Source: an uncultured bacterium
GTDB lineage: Bacteria; Armatimonadota; Abditibacteriia; Abditibacteriales; Abditibacteriaceae
NCBI GenBank assembly: GCA_963843795.1
Contig: CAWJLW010000009.1
Location: forward strand, 62,001 to 86,941
Length of the DNA stretch: 24,941 nt
Direction: 5' to 3'
Shown piece after piece: positions 1 through 9,252 of this stretch. The position numbers and the translations under genes were made by a program. The notes beneath the pieces were generated by a model. The model made no database searches, had not been told where the DNA came from, and worked only from the letters and a program-made list of their open reading frames with translations. Each line of letters begins with the position of its first letter. The first letter of the stretch is position 1.

Positions 1-2
1 TT

Positions 3-1185
3 CGCGATGTCGCGAAGCTCAATCAGGCGCAGCGCAACTTTCGCGTTTTCGGGCCGGACGAAACGCTTTCCAACGGTTTGGAAGCGCTTTTCGATGTGAC
101 CGAGCGCCAATGGGAAGGCGAGACTGTTCCCAATGACGAGTTTCTCGCGCCGAGCGGGCGCGTGATGGAAATGCTCAGCGAGCATCAGTGCGAAGGCTGG
201 CTCGAAGGCTATTTGCTCACCGGGCGGCACGGGCTTTTCAACTGCTACGAGGCGTTCATTCACATCATCGACTCGATGTTCAATCAGCACGCCAAGTGGC
301 TCAAAGTCACGTCGGGTTTGCCGTGGCGTCGCCCGATTGCCTCGCTCAATTATCTGCTGGCTTCGCACGTCTGGCGGCAAGACCACAACGGTTTCACGCA
401 TCAAGACCCCGGATTTCATCGACCACGTCGTCAACAAAAAAGCCGAAGTCGTGCGCGTTTATCTGCCGCCGGACGCCAACTGCTTGCTCTCGGTCATGGA
501 TCATTGTCTGCGCAGTCGGCATTATGTCAACGTGGTGATTGCAGGCAAGCATCCGGCTCCGCAGTGGCTGACGATGGACGCTGCGGTCAAGCATTGCACG
601 CAGGGTATCGGCATCTGGCAGTGGGCGAGCAACGATCAGGAAGTCGCGCCCGATGTGGTGATGGCGTGTTGCGGCGACGTGCCAACGCTGGAAACGCTCG
701 CCGCCGTTTCGATTCTGCGCGCGCATCTGCCCGACCTCAAAATCCGCGTCGTCAACGTGGTTGACTTAATGCGACTTCAACCGGAAAGCGAGCATCCGCA
801 CGGCCTGAGCGATACCGATTTCGACGCGCTTTTCACCAAAAGCACGACGGTCATTTTCGCCTTTCACGCTTATCCGTGGTTGATTCATCGCCTGACCTAT
901 CGCCGCACCAATCACGACAATATCCACGTTCGCGGCTACAAGGAAGAGGGCACCATCACCACGCCTTTCGACATGACAGTGCTCAACGAACTCGACCGTT
1001 TTCATCTGGTGATGGACGTGATCGACCGCGTGCCGCAAACCGGCGAACGCGGCATTTATCTGCGCCAGCAACTGCGCGATAAGCTCATCGAGCACAAGCA
1101 ATACATCCGCGAAAATGGCGAAGATATGCCGGAAATCCGCAACTGGAAATGGGAGATTCCTCATGAACAAACAAGCTCTGCTTGA
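3..1185 (+). pseudogene. xfp: Phosphoketolase (XFP family), 3' part, 5'-truncated by the window edge, with a +1 frameshift at about 414-416
   Basis: Frame 3 reads [11 protein letters not shown]...[22 protein letters not shown]...YEAF...[15 protein letters not shown]. The sequence continues in frame 1 as FIDHVVNKK...[12 protein letters not shown]...[17 protein letters not shown]...IRNWKW. GGATTTCATCGAC has one more T than the GGATTCATCGAC needed for G-F-I-D. Could be a true lesion or a sequencing error. Confidence 0.9.
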
Positions 1186-2185
1186 TACCGCAACCGCGCT
1201 TATGGCCGCCGACAAAGGCTTGCTGGCGATGGACGAGAGTACTCCGACCTGCGACAAGCGTTTCGCTGCACTCGATATTCCGCAAACCGTCGAAATGCGC
1301 CGCGCTTATCGCGAACTGATTGTCACCACGCCCAAACTCGGCGAATCGATCAGCGGCGCGATTCTCTTCGATGAAACGATTCGCCAGCACACTAAAGAAG
1401 GCAAGCCGTTCGTGCAAGTACTTGCCGAGGCCGGAATTATTCCCGGCATCAAAGTGGACGCGGGCGCTAAAGATTTGGCCGGTCACGCGGGCGAAAAAGT
1501 CACCGAAGGTCTGGACGGGCTGCGCGAACGACTGGCCGAATACGCGCAAATGGGCGCGCGTTTCGCCAAATGGCGCGCGGTGATCGCGATTGGCGACGGC
1601 ATTCCCAGCCGCGCGTGTATCGAGGCCAACGCGCACGCTCTGGCGCGTTATGCCGCGCTGTGTCAGGAAGCCGAACTCGTGCCTATCGTCGAGCCGGAAG
1701 TTTTGATGGACGGCAATCACACGCTCGAACGTTGCGCCGCTGTAACTGACGAAACGCTGCACACGGTTTTCGATCAGCTTCACGTGCAAGGCGTGATGCT
1801 CGAAGGCATGCTGCTCAAGCCCAACATGGTCGTCGCGGGCTTGGATTGCCCGCAGCAGGAAAGTATCGAAACCGTCGCCGATGCGACGATGAATTGTCTT
1901 TTGCGCAACGTGCCCGCTGCCGTTGCGGGCGTGGCGTTTTTGTCGGGCGGACAATCCGCCGAACTCGCTTCGGCGCGCTTGAACGCGATGAACGTGCGCT
2001 TCAAATCGCGCTTGCCGTGGCCGCTGGCGTTCTCGTTTGCCCGCGCGATTCAGCAACCGGCGCTCGAATTGTGGCACGGCGATGAAAACAACGTCGCCCC
2101 AGCCCAGCAAGTACTTGCGTATCGTGCGAGCCTTAATAAGTTGGCACGGCGCGGCGAGTACTCTGCCAAAATGGAAACTTTATGA
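1163..2185 (+). CDS. Fructose-bisphosphate aldolase, class I
   Basis: Motifs [70 protein letters not shown] 1163 follows GGGAG and overlaps the xfp 3' end. Confidence 0.95.
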   Translation: MNKQALLDTATALMAADKGLLAMDESTPTCDKRFAALDIPQTVEMRRAYRELIVTTPKLGESISGAILFDETIRQHTKEGKPFVQVLAEAGIIPGIKVDAGAKDLAGHAGEKVTEGLDGLRERLAEYAQMGARFAKWRAVIAIGDGIPSRACIEANAHALARYAALCQEAELVPIVEPEVLMDGNHTLERCAAVTDETLHTVFDQLHVQGVMLEGMLLKPNMVVAGLDCPQQESIETVADATMNCLLRNVPAAVAGVAFLSGGQSAELASARLNAMNVRFKSRLPWPLAFSFARAIQQPALELWHGDENNVAPAQQVLAYRASLNKLARRGEYSAKMETL

Positions 2186-2850
2186 GCACAACCCAATGGC
2201 CTGCGCCACTGCGCCTTTATCTGATTCGACACGGCGAAACCGCGTGGTCGCTTTCGGGCCAGCACACCGGCCTCACCGACATTCCGCTCAACGCGCAGGG
2301 CAAAGAAGAAGCACGACAACTCGCGCCGCATCTGGCCAAAATTCCATTCGAGTATGTTCTAACCAGCCCGCTCCAACGGGCGCGCCAGACTTGCGCGTTG
2401 GTCGGTCTGGAAATCATGGCCGAAGTTGCACCCGATTTGGCGGAATGGAATTACGGCGATTACGACGGACAACGCACCGTGGACATTCAGAAAACACGGG
2501 CGGATTGGAATCTTTTTCGCGACGGTTGTCCAAACGGCGAAACACCGGCTCAGGTTTCTGAACGCGCGGATCGTCTTATCGCGCATCTTCGCACGCTCAG
2601 CGGAAATGTCGCGCTTTTCTCTCACGGTCATTTCGGTTGCGTTCTGGCCGCACGATGGATCGGTTTGCCGGTAATCGCCGGAGAAAACTTCTCACTCGAT
2701 ACCGCCTCATTCAGCATTTTTGGCTATGCGCCTCATCACCCTGAAGTTCCGGTCATCACGCTATGGAACGCTTCACAGGCGACGTTTGCGCCCTGGCTCG
2801 TTCAATCTTCAACGTCAGAAGATTCGCAAAAAGCGGTTGAATCAGAATGA
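2182..2850 (+). CDS. Histidine phosphatase / phosphoglycerate mutase family protein
   Basis: LIRHGET catalytic motif, HTGLTDIPL, LAEWNYGDYDG, FSHGH. ATGA overlap with the aldolase stop. Confidence 0.92.
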   Translation: MSTTQWPAPLRLYLIRHGETAWSLSGQHTGLTDIPLNAQGKEEARQLAPHLAKIPFEYVLTSPLQRARQTCALVGLEIMAEVAPDLAEWNYGDYDGQRTVDIQKTRADWNLFRDGCPNGETPAQVSERADRLIAHLRTLSGNVALFSHGHFGCVLAARWIGLPVIAGENFSLDTASFSIFGYAPHHPEVPVITLWNASQATFAPWLVQSSTSEDSQKAVESE

Positions 2851-3346
2851 ACGGTAACACCGTCCATCTGAATCGCGGCACGGTCGTTGGCGTGCGCGGC
2901 AGCGTCGTGGACGTTCGTTTCGACGAGCATTTGCCGTCGATTTATACCGTGTTGCACGCCGGTGAGAAGCGAGAAATCGTCATCGAAGTACTTGCACAGC
3001 GAGACGAGCATCATGTGCGCGGCATTGCACTCACACCAACGCAAGGCTTGGCGCGCGGCATGAGGGTCGAAGACACGGGCGCGCCGCTTCAAGCGCCGGT
3101 CGGCAAAGGCATTCGCTCGCGGATGTTCGATGTTTTCGGTATCGCCATTGACCGCGAAGGCGCGTTGTCCGATGTGCAATGGCGTTCGGTGCATCGCGCG
3201 CCGCCGCCTCTATCGCAGCGTTCGACCAAGTCGGAAATCTTTGAAACCGGCATCAAAGTGATCGATGTTTTGGTGCCCTTGGAACGCGGCGGCAAAGCCG
3301 GACTTTTTGGTGGCGCAGGTGTAGGCAAAACGGTTTTGCTCACCGA
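2847..3346 (+). pseudogene. atpD: F1 ATP synthase beta subunit (N-ATPase type), N-terminal fragment ending just after Walker A
   Basis: VRGSVVDVRF...[35 protein letters not shown]. Beta-subunit similarity stops abruptly at about 3346 and the sequence becomes atpA in another frame. Confidence 0.9.
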
Positions 3347-4016
3347 CGCGCTTATCGCGAACTGTCGTTGTTGCTGCGCCGCCCGCCGGGACGCGAAGCC
3401 TTTCCCGGAGATATTTTCTACATCCATTCGCGTTTACTCGAACGCGCCACGCATCTAAGCGCAGAACGCGGCGGCGGTTCGCTGACCGCGCTGCCGATTA
3501 TCGAAACCGAAGCGCAGAACATCTCGGCTTACATTCCGACCAACCTGATTTCGATCACCGATGGGCAGATTTATCTTTCTCCATCGCTTTTTGAACTGGG
3601 TGTGCTGCCCGCCGTGGATGTCGGCAAATCCGTCTCGCGCGTTGGCGGCAAGGCGCAACGCGCGCCTTATCACGCCGTGGCGGGCGCTTGGATGAGGACA
3701 CTCATAAAATCATCGAACACGGACAGCGCATCCGTGCCTGTCTCAAACAGCCTGAATTTCCCCAGCGTCGGTGCCCGCGCAAATCTCCGTATTGCTGGCA
3801 TTGGCCGAAAAACTCTTCGATGCCGTGCCGCTCGACCAAATGATTGACGCCGAAGCAGCCGTGCGCAAAGCAGCAGCGACCATTCCCGACGAAGTGCGCG
3901 CGCGTTTTGAAACCGCCGACAAGTTGAGCGACGAAGACCGCAAAACGATCATCGAAATCGCGCGCGAAGCACTGGTCCCGTTCCAGCTCAAACTGCAAAC
4001 CGAGGCTAAATCATGA
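3347..4016 (+). pseudogene. atpA: F1 ATP synthase alpha subunit, C-terminal fragment in three reading frames
   Basis: [34 protein letters not shown]...[15 protein letters not shown]...[10 protein letters not shown] in frame 2 to about 3685. Then [25 protein letters not shown] in frame 1 (3685-3759) after an apparent internal deletion. Then [14 protein letters not shown]... in frame 3 to the stop at 4016. No start codon or N-terminal half. Confidence 0.9.
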
Positions 4017-4915
4017 GCGATACCATCGAGAGTTTGCGCCAAAAAATCAGCAGCGCGAGCGATTTGCAATCGGGCGTTCGCAGCATGAAAGCGTTGGCCG
4101 CATCAAATATCGGACAATACGAGAAATCGGTGCTCGCTTTGGTCGATTACTATCGAACCGTGGAGTTGGGCCCGGGCGCAAGTTTTCGTGCCAGCGCACA
4201 TCTGGGAGCGCTCAAAGATACCAGAAAACCAGCCGCAACCATGGGCGCCGTCGTGTTCGGCTCCGATCAGGGACTGGTGGGCCGCTTCAACGATGTCGTG
4301 GCTGATTATGCCATTGAAACCCTGGCCGCGCGCGCTGGCAAAGCGCAGGTCTGGGCCGTCGGCGAGCGCGTTCAGGCGCGTCTGGCGGACGCCGGCTTAT
4401 CCGTAATGGAAACTTTCGCCGTGCCGAATTCGGTGCAAGGCATCACGCCGCTTGTCGGGCAAATTTTGGTGGCAAGCGAGGCGCGCCAAAATGTTAACGA
4501 AGAGAGCGAGCTTCACATTTTTCACAATCGCCCCACATCGAGCGCGGTTTACGAACCCACCAGCCAACGATTGCTACCGCTCGACGAAACCTGGCGCCGC
4601 GATCTCGTTGATCGTCCGTGGCCAACAAAGTACTTGCCGCCAGTACTTGCAAGTCACGCCGCGACTTTGCAGGCACTCATCCGCGAATATCTTTTCATCT
4701 CACTTTTTCGCGGTTGTGCCGAATCGCTCGCCGCCGAGAACGCCAGCCGTTTGGCGGCTATGCAGCGCGCCGACAAAAATATCGACGACCTGCTGGAAAC
4801 CCTCAACAGCGACTTTCATCAACTGCGCCAGAGTGGTATTGACGAAGAATTATTCGATGTCATTTCCGGCTTTGAAGCGTTGAACCATTCTTTTGCCTCG
4901 CTATCTGATTCCTAA
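4013..4915 (+). CDS. atpG: F1 ATP synthase gamma subunit (N-ATPase type), open frame but orphaned
   Basis: VRSMKALAAS, VFGSDQGLVGRFN, AESLAAENASRLAAMQRADKNI, RQSGIDEELFDVISGFEAL. ATGA overlap with the atpA stop. Confidence 0.92.
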   Translation: MSDTIESLRQKISSASDLQSGVRSMKALAASNIGQYEKSVLALVDYYRTVELGPGASFRASAHLGALKDTRKPAATMGAVVFGSDQGLVGRFNDVVADYAIETLAARAGKAQVWAVGERVQARLADAGLSVMETFAVPNSVQGITPLVGQILVASEARQNVNEESELHIFHNRPTSSAVYEPTSQRLLPLDETWRRDLVDRPWPTKYLPPVLASHAATLQALIREYLFISLFRGCAESLAAENASRLAAMQRADKNIDDLLETLNSDFHQLRQSGIDEELFDVISGFEALNHSFASLSDS

Positions 4916-5032
4916 AAGGGATCGATGTTTGCGTAAATTTATAAGCCTCTGCAAAAGCATTTGATAAGCCATAAAAATTCATGGTGATCTCCTCTACCCA
5001 ACCGAGCAATTTCAACTCGAACACTTTATAAA

Positions 5033-5104
5033 GTAAATACAGCAAAAAGTATAAACAGCTTGCTGTTAAAATGTTTTAACAGCAAGCTGCGAGAACAGTA
5101 AAAC
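5033..5104. repeat. Degenerate copies of the par 16-bp repeat downstream of the par operon, including a perfect 16-bp inverted repeat (5056-5071 / 5074-5089)
   Basis: 5033-5059 GTAAATACAGCAAAAAGTATAAACAGC matches 6427-6453 GTAAATACAGCAAAACGCTTAAACAGC at 24/27 positions. CAGCTTGCTGTTAAAA-TG-TTTTAACAGCAAGCTG is a perfect inverted repeat. GAACAGTAAAAC at 5093-5104 is another variant. May also act as a terminator. Confidence 0.8.
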
Positions 5105-5108
5105 AGAT

Positions 5109-5543
5109 TTACAGAGGGCCATATTTTTCGATAAGTAGATCGAGCGCTTCTTGAATTAGCTCAGACTTATCCGGTTTTTGCCCTGTACGCTGCCGCTCAG
5201 CCAGTTGAATCGCTTCGACTGCGAACACTTGATCAGGGCGAATATAAAGCGTCACTTTGGAAACTATGGGCTTATCGGCTTGAGCTTGTGGATTATTGAG
5301 AGCCGAAGGCTGATTGGGTTCTTCCGCATGTGCCTTAGAAGCGCTTTTTGATTTCGCACTCGGAATTATCTCACTTGCGGGCGCGGTTTCAGTTTGTAAC
5401 TGCTCGTTTGGAAGCTGTTCAGTATCTCCCTGCGCACTCTCTTTAATTTCCAATTCTTGGGGCGGTGAGGTGCTTTGAAAAATAGCGTCAATGCCTTTGG
5501 CGTCACCGGCCCGCCGCTCTCGTAATGATACACGTTTAGCCAC
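5109..5543 (-). CDS. Small ParA partner, putative centromere-binding protein (type Ib, ribbon-helix-helix-like C-terminus)
   Basis: Overlaps the parA stop; GTG at 5543 follows GAGGAGG. Basic N-terminus (AKRVSLRERR), long low-complexity linker, and a C-terminal strand-helix-helix pattern KVTLYI...KSELIQEALDLLIEKY. No ParB CTPase motif seen. Function inferred from position and pattern. Confidence 0.7.
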   Translation of the reverse strand: MAKRVSLRERRAGDAKGIDAIFQSTSPPQELEIKESAQGDTEQLPNEQLQTETAPASEIIPSAKSKSASKAHAEEPNQPSALNNPQAQADKPIVSKVTLYIRPDQVFAVEAIQLAERQRTGQKPDKSELIQEALDLLIEKYGPL

Positions 5544-6297
5544 GTTGCTCAACCTCCTCAGCCAGTTCGCGATACGCCACTGTTGCAGGAGATTGCGGCG
5601 TAAATTGCAGAATGGATTCGCCAGCCATCGCGCTGTCTTGCAATTTTACAGTTTGCGGAATTACGGTTGTAAAAACCTGATCGCCGTAAGTCGCCCGCAA
5701 TTCCTCAACGACTTCGCGCGCGTGCAAGGTGCGACCATCGAAAAGCGTCGGCAGAATACCCGCGATCACCAATTGAGGATTGATACGGCCGCGCACTTTC
5801 CCGATGGTTTGCATCAGCAAATCCATTCCGCGCATCGCGAAATATTGAGTCTGAACTGGAATCAGGACACGCGAAGCGGCTGCCAGGGCATTCAACGTCA
5901 ATAAACTCAACGAAGGTGGACAATCAATCAACAGATAATCGTAATCTTCCATCACGGGCATCAGCTTTTCTTTGAGAATGGTTTCTCGCCCCGGCTCGCT
6001 GACCAGCTCAAGTTCGCTGGCTGCCAGATCAATGTTGGCCGGAGCCAGCGAACACCCCGAGTCCGTTTTGATCACAATACGACCGAGATCGAAATCGGGT
6101 GTGCGCAACGCATCATAAATTGTCTCGTTTAATTTCAATGGGTCAACCCCAAGCCCCGCCGAAAGCGCGCCCTGCGGATCTAAATCAACCAGTAACACCC
6201 GATGCCCGCGCTCAGCTAAAGCGGCACCCAGATTAATCGTCGTTGTGGTTTTACCCACGCCACCCTTTTGCTGAGCAATGGCATATATCTGCTTCAT
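5536..6297 (-). CDS. parA: ParA/Soj family partition ATPase
   Basis: Deviant Walker A QKGGVGKTTT, LLVDLDPQG, YLLIDCPPSLSLLTLNALAAA. No N-terminal HTH. ATG 6297 follows GAGGAG. Confidence 0.95.
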   Translation of the reverse strand: MKQIYAIAQQKGGVGKTTTTINLGAALAERGHRVLLVDLDPQGALSAGLGVDPLKLNETIYDALRTPDFDLGRIVIKTDSGCSLAPANIDLAASELELVSEPGRETILKEKLMPVMEDYDYLLIDCPPSLSLLTLNALAAASRVLIPVQTQYFAMRGMDLLMQTIGKVRGRINPQLVIAGILPTLFDGRTLHAREVVEELRATYGDQVFTTVIPQTVKLQDSAMAGESILQFTPQSPATVAYRELAEEVEQRG

Positions 6298-6432
6298 GGT
6301 TGCTCTCCTCTTAAACAAAAATCTTGCTCAAAGCATTTTAAAAGCCCCGAGCTTTAGGCTTACTAATAGTAACTGAAATTCACTTCGCCACCATGGATTT
6401 ACATCATACGGTATTTACTCTTAAATGTAAAT

Positions 6433-6551
6433 ACAGCAAAACGCTTAAACAGCAAAACGCTTGAACAGCAAAACGCTTGAACAGCAAAACGCTTGAACAG
6501 CAAAACGCTTGAACAGCAAAACGCTTGAACAGCAAAACGCTTGAACAGCAA
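6433..6551. repeat. Tandem array of 16-bp units ACAGCAAAACGCTTGA (7 full + 1 partial), putative centromere/par operator
   Basis: Units start at 6433, 6449, 6465, 6481, 6497, 6513, 6529 and 6545 (partial). The first unit ends TTAA. No spacers. Lies about 135 bp upstream of the parA start. Confidence 0.9.
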
Positions 6552-6662
6552 GCGAACTGGGCACGTAGATTTATGCAAGTACTTGCAGGGCTGATCATTG
6601 ATTGAAAGTGGCGTGCTAGCCCTTAAAAAGCCGTCTTTTTGTCGCATTTCGTGCTCAAAGGC

Positions 6663-6992
6663 GCATAATTATGGGAGACGGGGTAGGAATATAGGCCAAA
6701 GCAATCAGCCAATTTTAGTTGATATGTAGCACCTCTTTTTGCTCTGCGCAGATGACAAAAGCGGAAAAGGGAAAATTTCTTCCAAAATTTGCAGTTTTGC
6801 GGCCCAAAAATCCAGATTTTTCGCCTTTAAGTGCATAATTACGGGAGACGATTGGAATTTCAAAGCCAATTTTAGGGTAGAGAAGAGTGCATAATTACGG
6901 GAGACAAGCGCATAATTACGGGAGACGGAGCGCATAATTACGGGAGACGGAGCGCATAATTATGGGAGACGAAGCGCATAATTACGGGAGAC
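6663..6992. repeat. Seven iteron-like direct repeats GCATAATTA(C/T)GGGAGAC, putative replication origin
   Basis: Isolated copies at 6663 and 6833, then five tandem copies at 6889, 6910, 6932, 6954 and 6976 (21-22 bp period, about two helical turns). A/T-tract-rich DNA lies at about 6755-6830, and the putative rep follows. Confidence 0.88.
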
Positions 6993-7231
6993 GATCGGAG
7001 TTTCAAAAAGGGCTGAATTCCTTAGCCTGTCTACTCTTTTGGTCAAGCGATTTTTGTTCCGACAGTACTTAAGACAGTACTAAGACAGCAGCAGACAGGG
7101 AAATTTCGCGTTTTTAGGACTCTTTGAGATTTCAACAAGAACTGTTGCTGCTGCTGTTTTTTTTCCATACTTCATCACCTGTTTCAATTGCTTGGGTGGC
7201 CGGTAATCACATCATCAGGCGTGTAGATATC

Positions 7232-8953
7232 ATGACCAAAGAGACACAGAACTCTAAAAAAAAGCCAAAAAAAATTCGCGATCAGTCGCTTCTTGAAAGC
7301 TCTGCGGCCAACGATCAGCCTGAAAAATTGAAAACTCGTGATGAAAAACGCAGAGATGATAAACGTAAAGACGATGCTTTGGCGGTACTCAGAACTGAAA
7401 CTGCACTTTCTCGCTTTCCCATGCATCGCCTCACCAAAGGCAAATCCGTCAAGATAGAAATCAAAAATCAGGCATCAGCAGTTTTCTGGAAAGTCAGCCC
7501 AAACGCCGATTACGGACAGCCAGGCGCTCTGGCTTACAAGCTCGATACGCTTTTCATTAATCGCCGTATCGAAGAAGCCGGACGGCCCACGCCCAAAACG
7601 ATTCGATTGGGCAGCCTGCGCGAGATCGCTGAAGAGATGGGTTTAGGAACAAACACCAACGCAGTCAAAGAAGCGCTTTTGCAAAACGCGACGGCCAGCA
7701 TCACTGCAAAAATTAATTACCGCACTCAAAACGATGGCGAGCAGTGGCTCGAAGCCGTTTTCAATCGCTACAGCTTGATTTTTACCGGCGAAAAGTTTCC
7801 TGATGGCGGCACTGCCGATGCGGTTCATCTGGTGCTCAACGACATTTATCAACAGATACTCAGTACTGCTGTCATTCGCCCGCTCGATTACGATTACATG
7901 AAGGCCCTGCCGCCGATTGCCCAGCGGTTTTACGAAATTGTTTCCTATCAAATTTACGCTGCAGTTCACTACGGAAACCCGCGCGCCAAATTGTTGTACT
8001 CCGATTATTGCCTGCTTTCCACAGCAACGCGTTACTTCGACTTCGATCACGTCAAAAAACAGATGTACAAAGTTTTGCGCCCCCACACGCAAAGTGGGTA
8101 TATCGCAAAAGTCGAGTACGAAGCCATCATAAATGACAGGGGCGAGGCCGATTGGCAGATGTTATTCACGCCCGGTCCTAACGCCGGGCGCGAGTATCAG
8201 GCATTCACTGGAATTGGCAAGACGCGCAAACCTCGCGTCCGAAAAGCCGATAAAACCCAGAAAACCGCTCAAAAAACGGCGCCCGACCTTGTTTTACCTT
8301 TCGATGACGGCATAGCAGAAGAAAAAGCGCCCGAAAGCAAAGTCGCCAATTCATCGGACAGTAATTTGCCTGAGTTGGTTGAGCAATTGGTATCCGCTCA
8401 ACTTAATCGCGGCGATGCCGAGCGTTTCGCGCGCGACAGGCCGGACGAGTGCCGCCGTCAGCTCGAGTTTTTGCCACACGTCAAAGAATTTAAAACCAGT
8501 CAGGGAGCTTATTTACGGCGTGCCATCGAAGAAAGTTACGGGCCGCCCAAAGGCTACACGCAAAATCATGCGCGCGCCGAAGCCGCTCAGGTCACCAAAC
8601 AGCAAAGCATAGATAAACGCTCTGAAGACGAGCGCACAAAGGCCCGTCAGAGCCACCAGAATCGCTATTACGGGGTTTATTTGGATTATGTGATGGAAAG
8701 GGTAGGGGAAGCTGAAAAAGCGCAGCCAGAGGCATTTATGGAGTTCCAGCGCTCTGAAACCGAGGAGCGGCGCAAATTGACCAGCGGCCCCTTCGCTGGA
8801 CGTCCGCTCTCACAAAAAGCGTTGGAAGTCTTCGACCAGCAGGCGATTCGGGTAGAGCGGGCACGCAATTTTTGGCGCGGGCGCGGCCAAGAAATTCTCG
8901 ATTTTTGGGCTTGGGACGAAAAGTTCAATGATTCTTCTTTTGATCGCACATGA
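7232..8953 (+). CDS. Putative plasmid replication initiator protein (573 aa)
   Basis: Long ORF directly downstream of the iterons and divergent from parA. Basic N-terminus; the segment RTETALSRFPMHRL...YGQPGALAYKLD...LGSLREIAEEMGL...RPLDYDYMKALPPIAQRFYEIVS resembles winged-helix Rep initiators. ATG 7232 preferred over TTG 7124. Family not firmly recognised. Confidence 0.75.
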   Translation: MTKETQNSKKKPKKIRDQSLLESSAANDQPEKLKTRDEKRRDDKRKDDALAVLRTETALSRFPMHRLTKGKSVKIEIKNQASAVFWKVSPNADYGQPGALAYKLDTLFINRRIEEAGRPTPKTIRLGSLREIAEEMGLGTNTNAVKEALLQNATASITAKINYRTQNDGEQWLEAVFNRYSLIFTGEKFPDGGTADAVHLVLNDIYQQILSTAVIRPLDYDYMKALPPIAQRFYEIVSYQIYAAVHYGNPRAKLLYSDYCLLSTATRYFDFDHVKKQMYKVLRPHTQSGYIAKVEYEAIINDRGEADWQMLFTPGPNAGREYQAFTGIGKTRKPRVRKADKTQKTAQKTAPDLVLPFDDGIAEEKAPESKVANSSDSNLPELVEQLVSAQLNRGDAERFARDRPDECRRQLEFLPHVKEFKTSQGAYLRRAIEESYGPPKGYTQNHARAEAAQVTKQQSIDKRSEDERTKARQSHQNRYYGVYLDYVMERVGEAEKAQPEAFMEFQRSETEERRKLTSGPFAGRPLSQKALEVFDQQAIRVERARNFWRGRGQEILDFWAWDEKFNDSSFDRT

Positions 8954-9252
8954 TCGCACATCCGAGTCTTAAGACCACACCAAGTTCAGCTGATAAGGTT
9001 AAAGTTTATGATAACAGTCGCGCTCTGGGAAATTTCTTTTTTAAATCACACAAAACTAAGAATATTGGTTATTTAGCTATTAAAAACTGTGAGTGGTGAG
9101 AGCACCAAGTTTTTGAGCTTCGCCTTATTGTGCATCCTGCTTGGTTGTGGAGTTTGTCGAAAGCAAATTGTTAAATGTTCAATTGCTCTTGTTTTGTGTG
9201 ATTTAGCTGTTGGTTTTACACAAGCGCAAGTCGGCGCACAGGGCAAAAAACG

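Noticed and set aside
414..764. C-terminal part of the 228-aa ORF 78..764 as real protein, or a programmed frameshift in xfp
   Set aside because: After 416 this frame loses phosphoketolase similarity. Only a TTT run is present, with no slippery heptamer, so a simple indel or sequencing error is more likely.
1085..2110. 341-aa minus-strand ORF, and similar long antisense ORFs (9089..9655, 15174..15791, 20860..21540, 22542..23408, 23982..24665)
   Set aside because: They largely or wholly overlap well-supported genes on the opposite strand and have no recognisable motifs; typical shadow ORFs of GC-rich coding DNA.
6433..6551. CRISPR array
   Set aside because: The 16-bp units are directly adjacent with no unique spacers, and no cas genes are present.
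6399..6647. Minus-strand ORFs with repeated LLFKRFAVQAFCCSSV
   Set aside because: Translation artefacts of the 16-bp tandem array.
6889..6992. CRISPR array or coding repeat
   Set aside because: 17-bp units separated by only 4-5 near-identical bases; the period and position fit iterons.
7124..7231. Upstream extensions given by the ORF track (rep from 7124; also 10670, 14152, 17501, 23645)
   Set aside because: The extensions run through regulatory or low-complexity DNA. Downstream ATGs fit better with ribosome-binding sites, signal peptides or family N-termini.
8986..9016. dif/Xer-like site downstream of rep (GCTGATAA-GGTTAAAGT-TTATGATAAC)
   Set aside because: The right arm resembles an XerD box, but the spacer is 9 bp rather than 6-8 and the left arm is a poor match.
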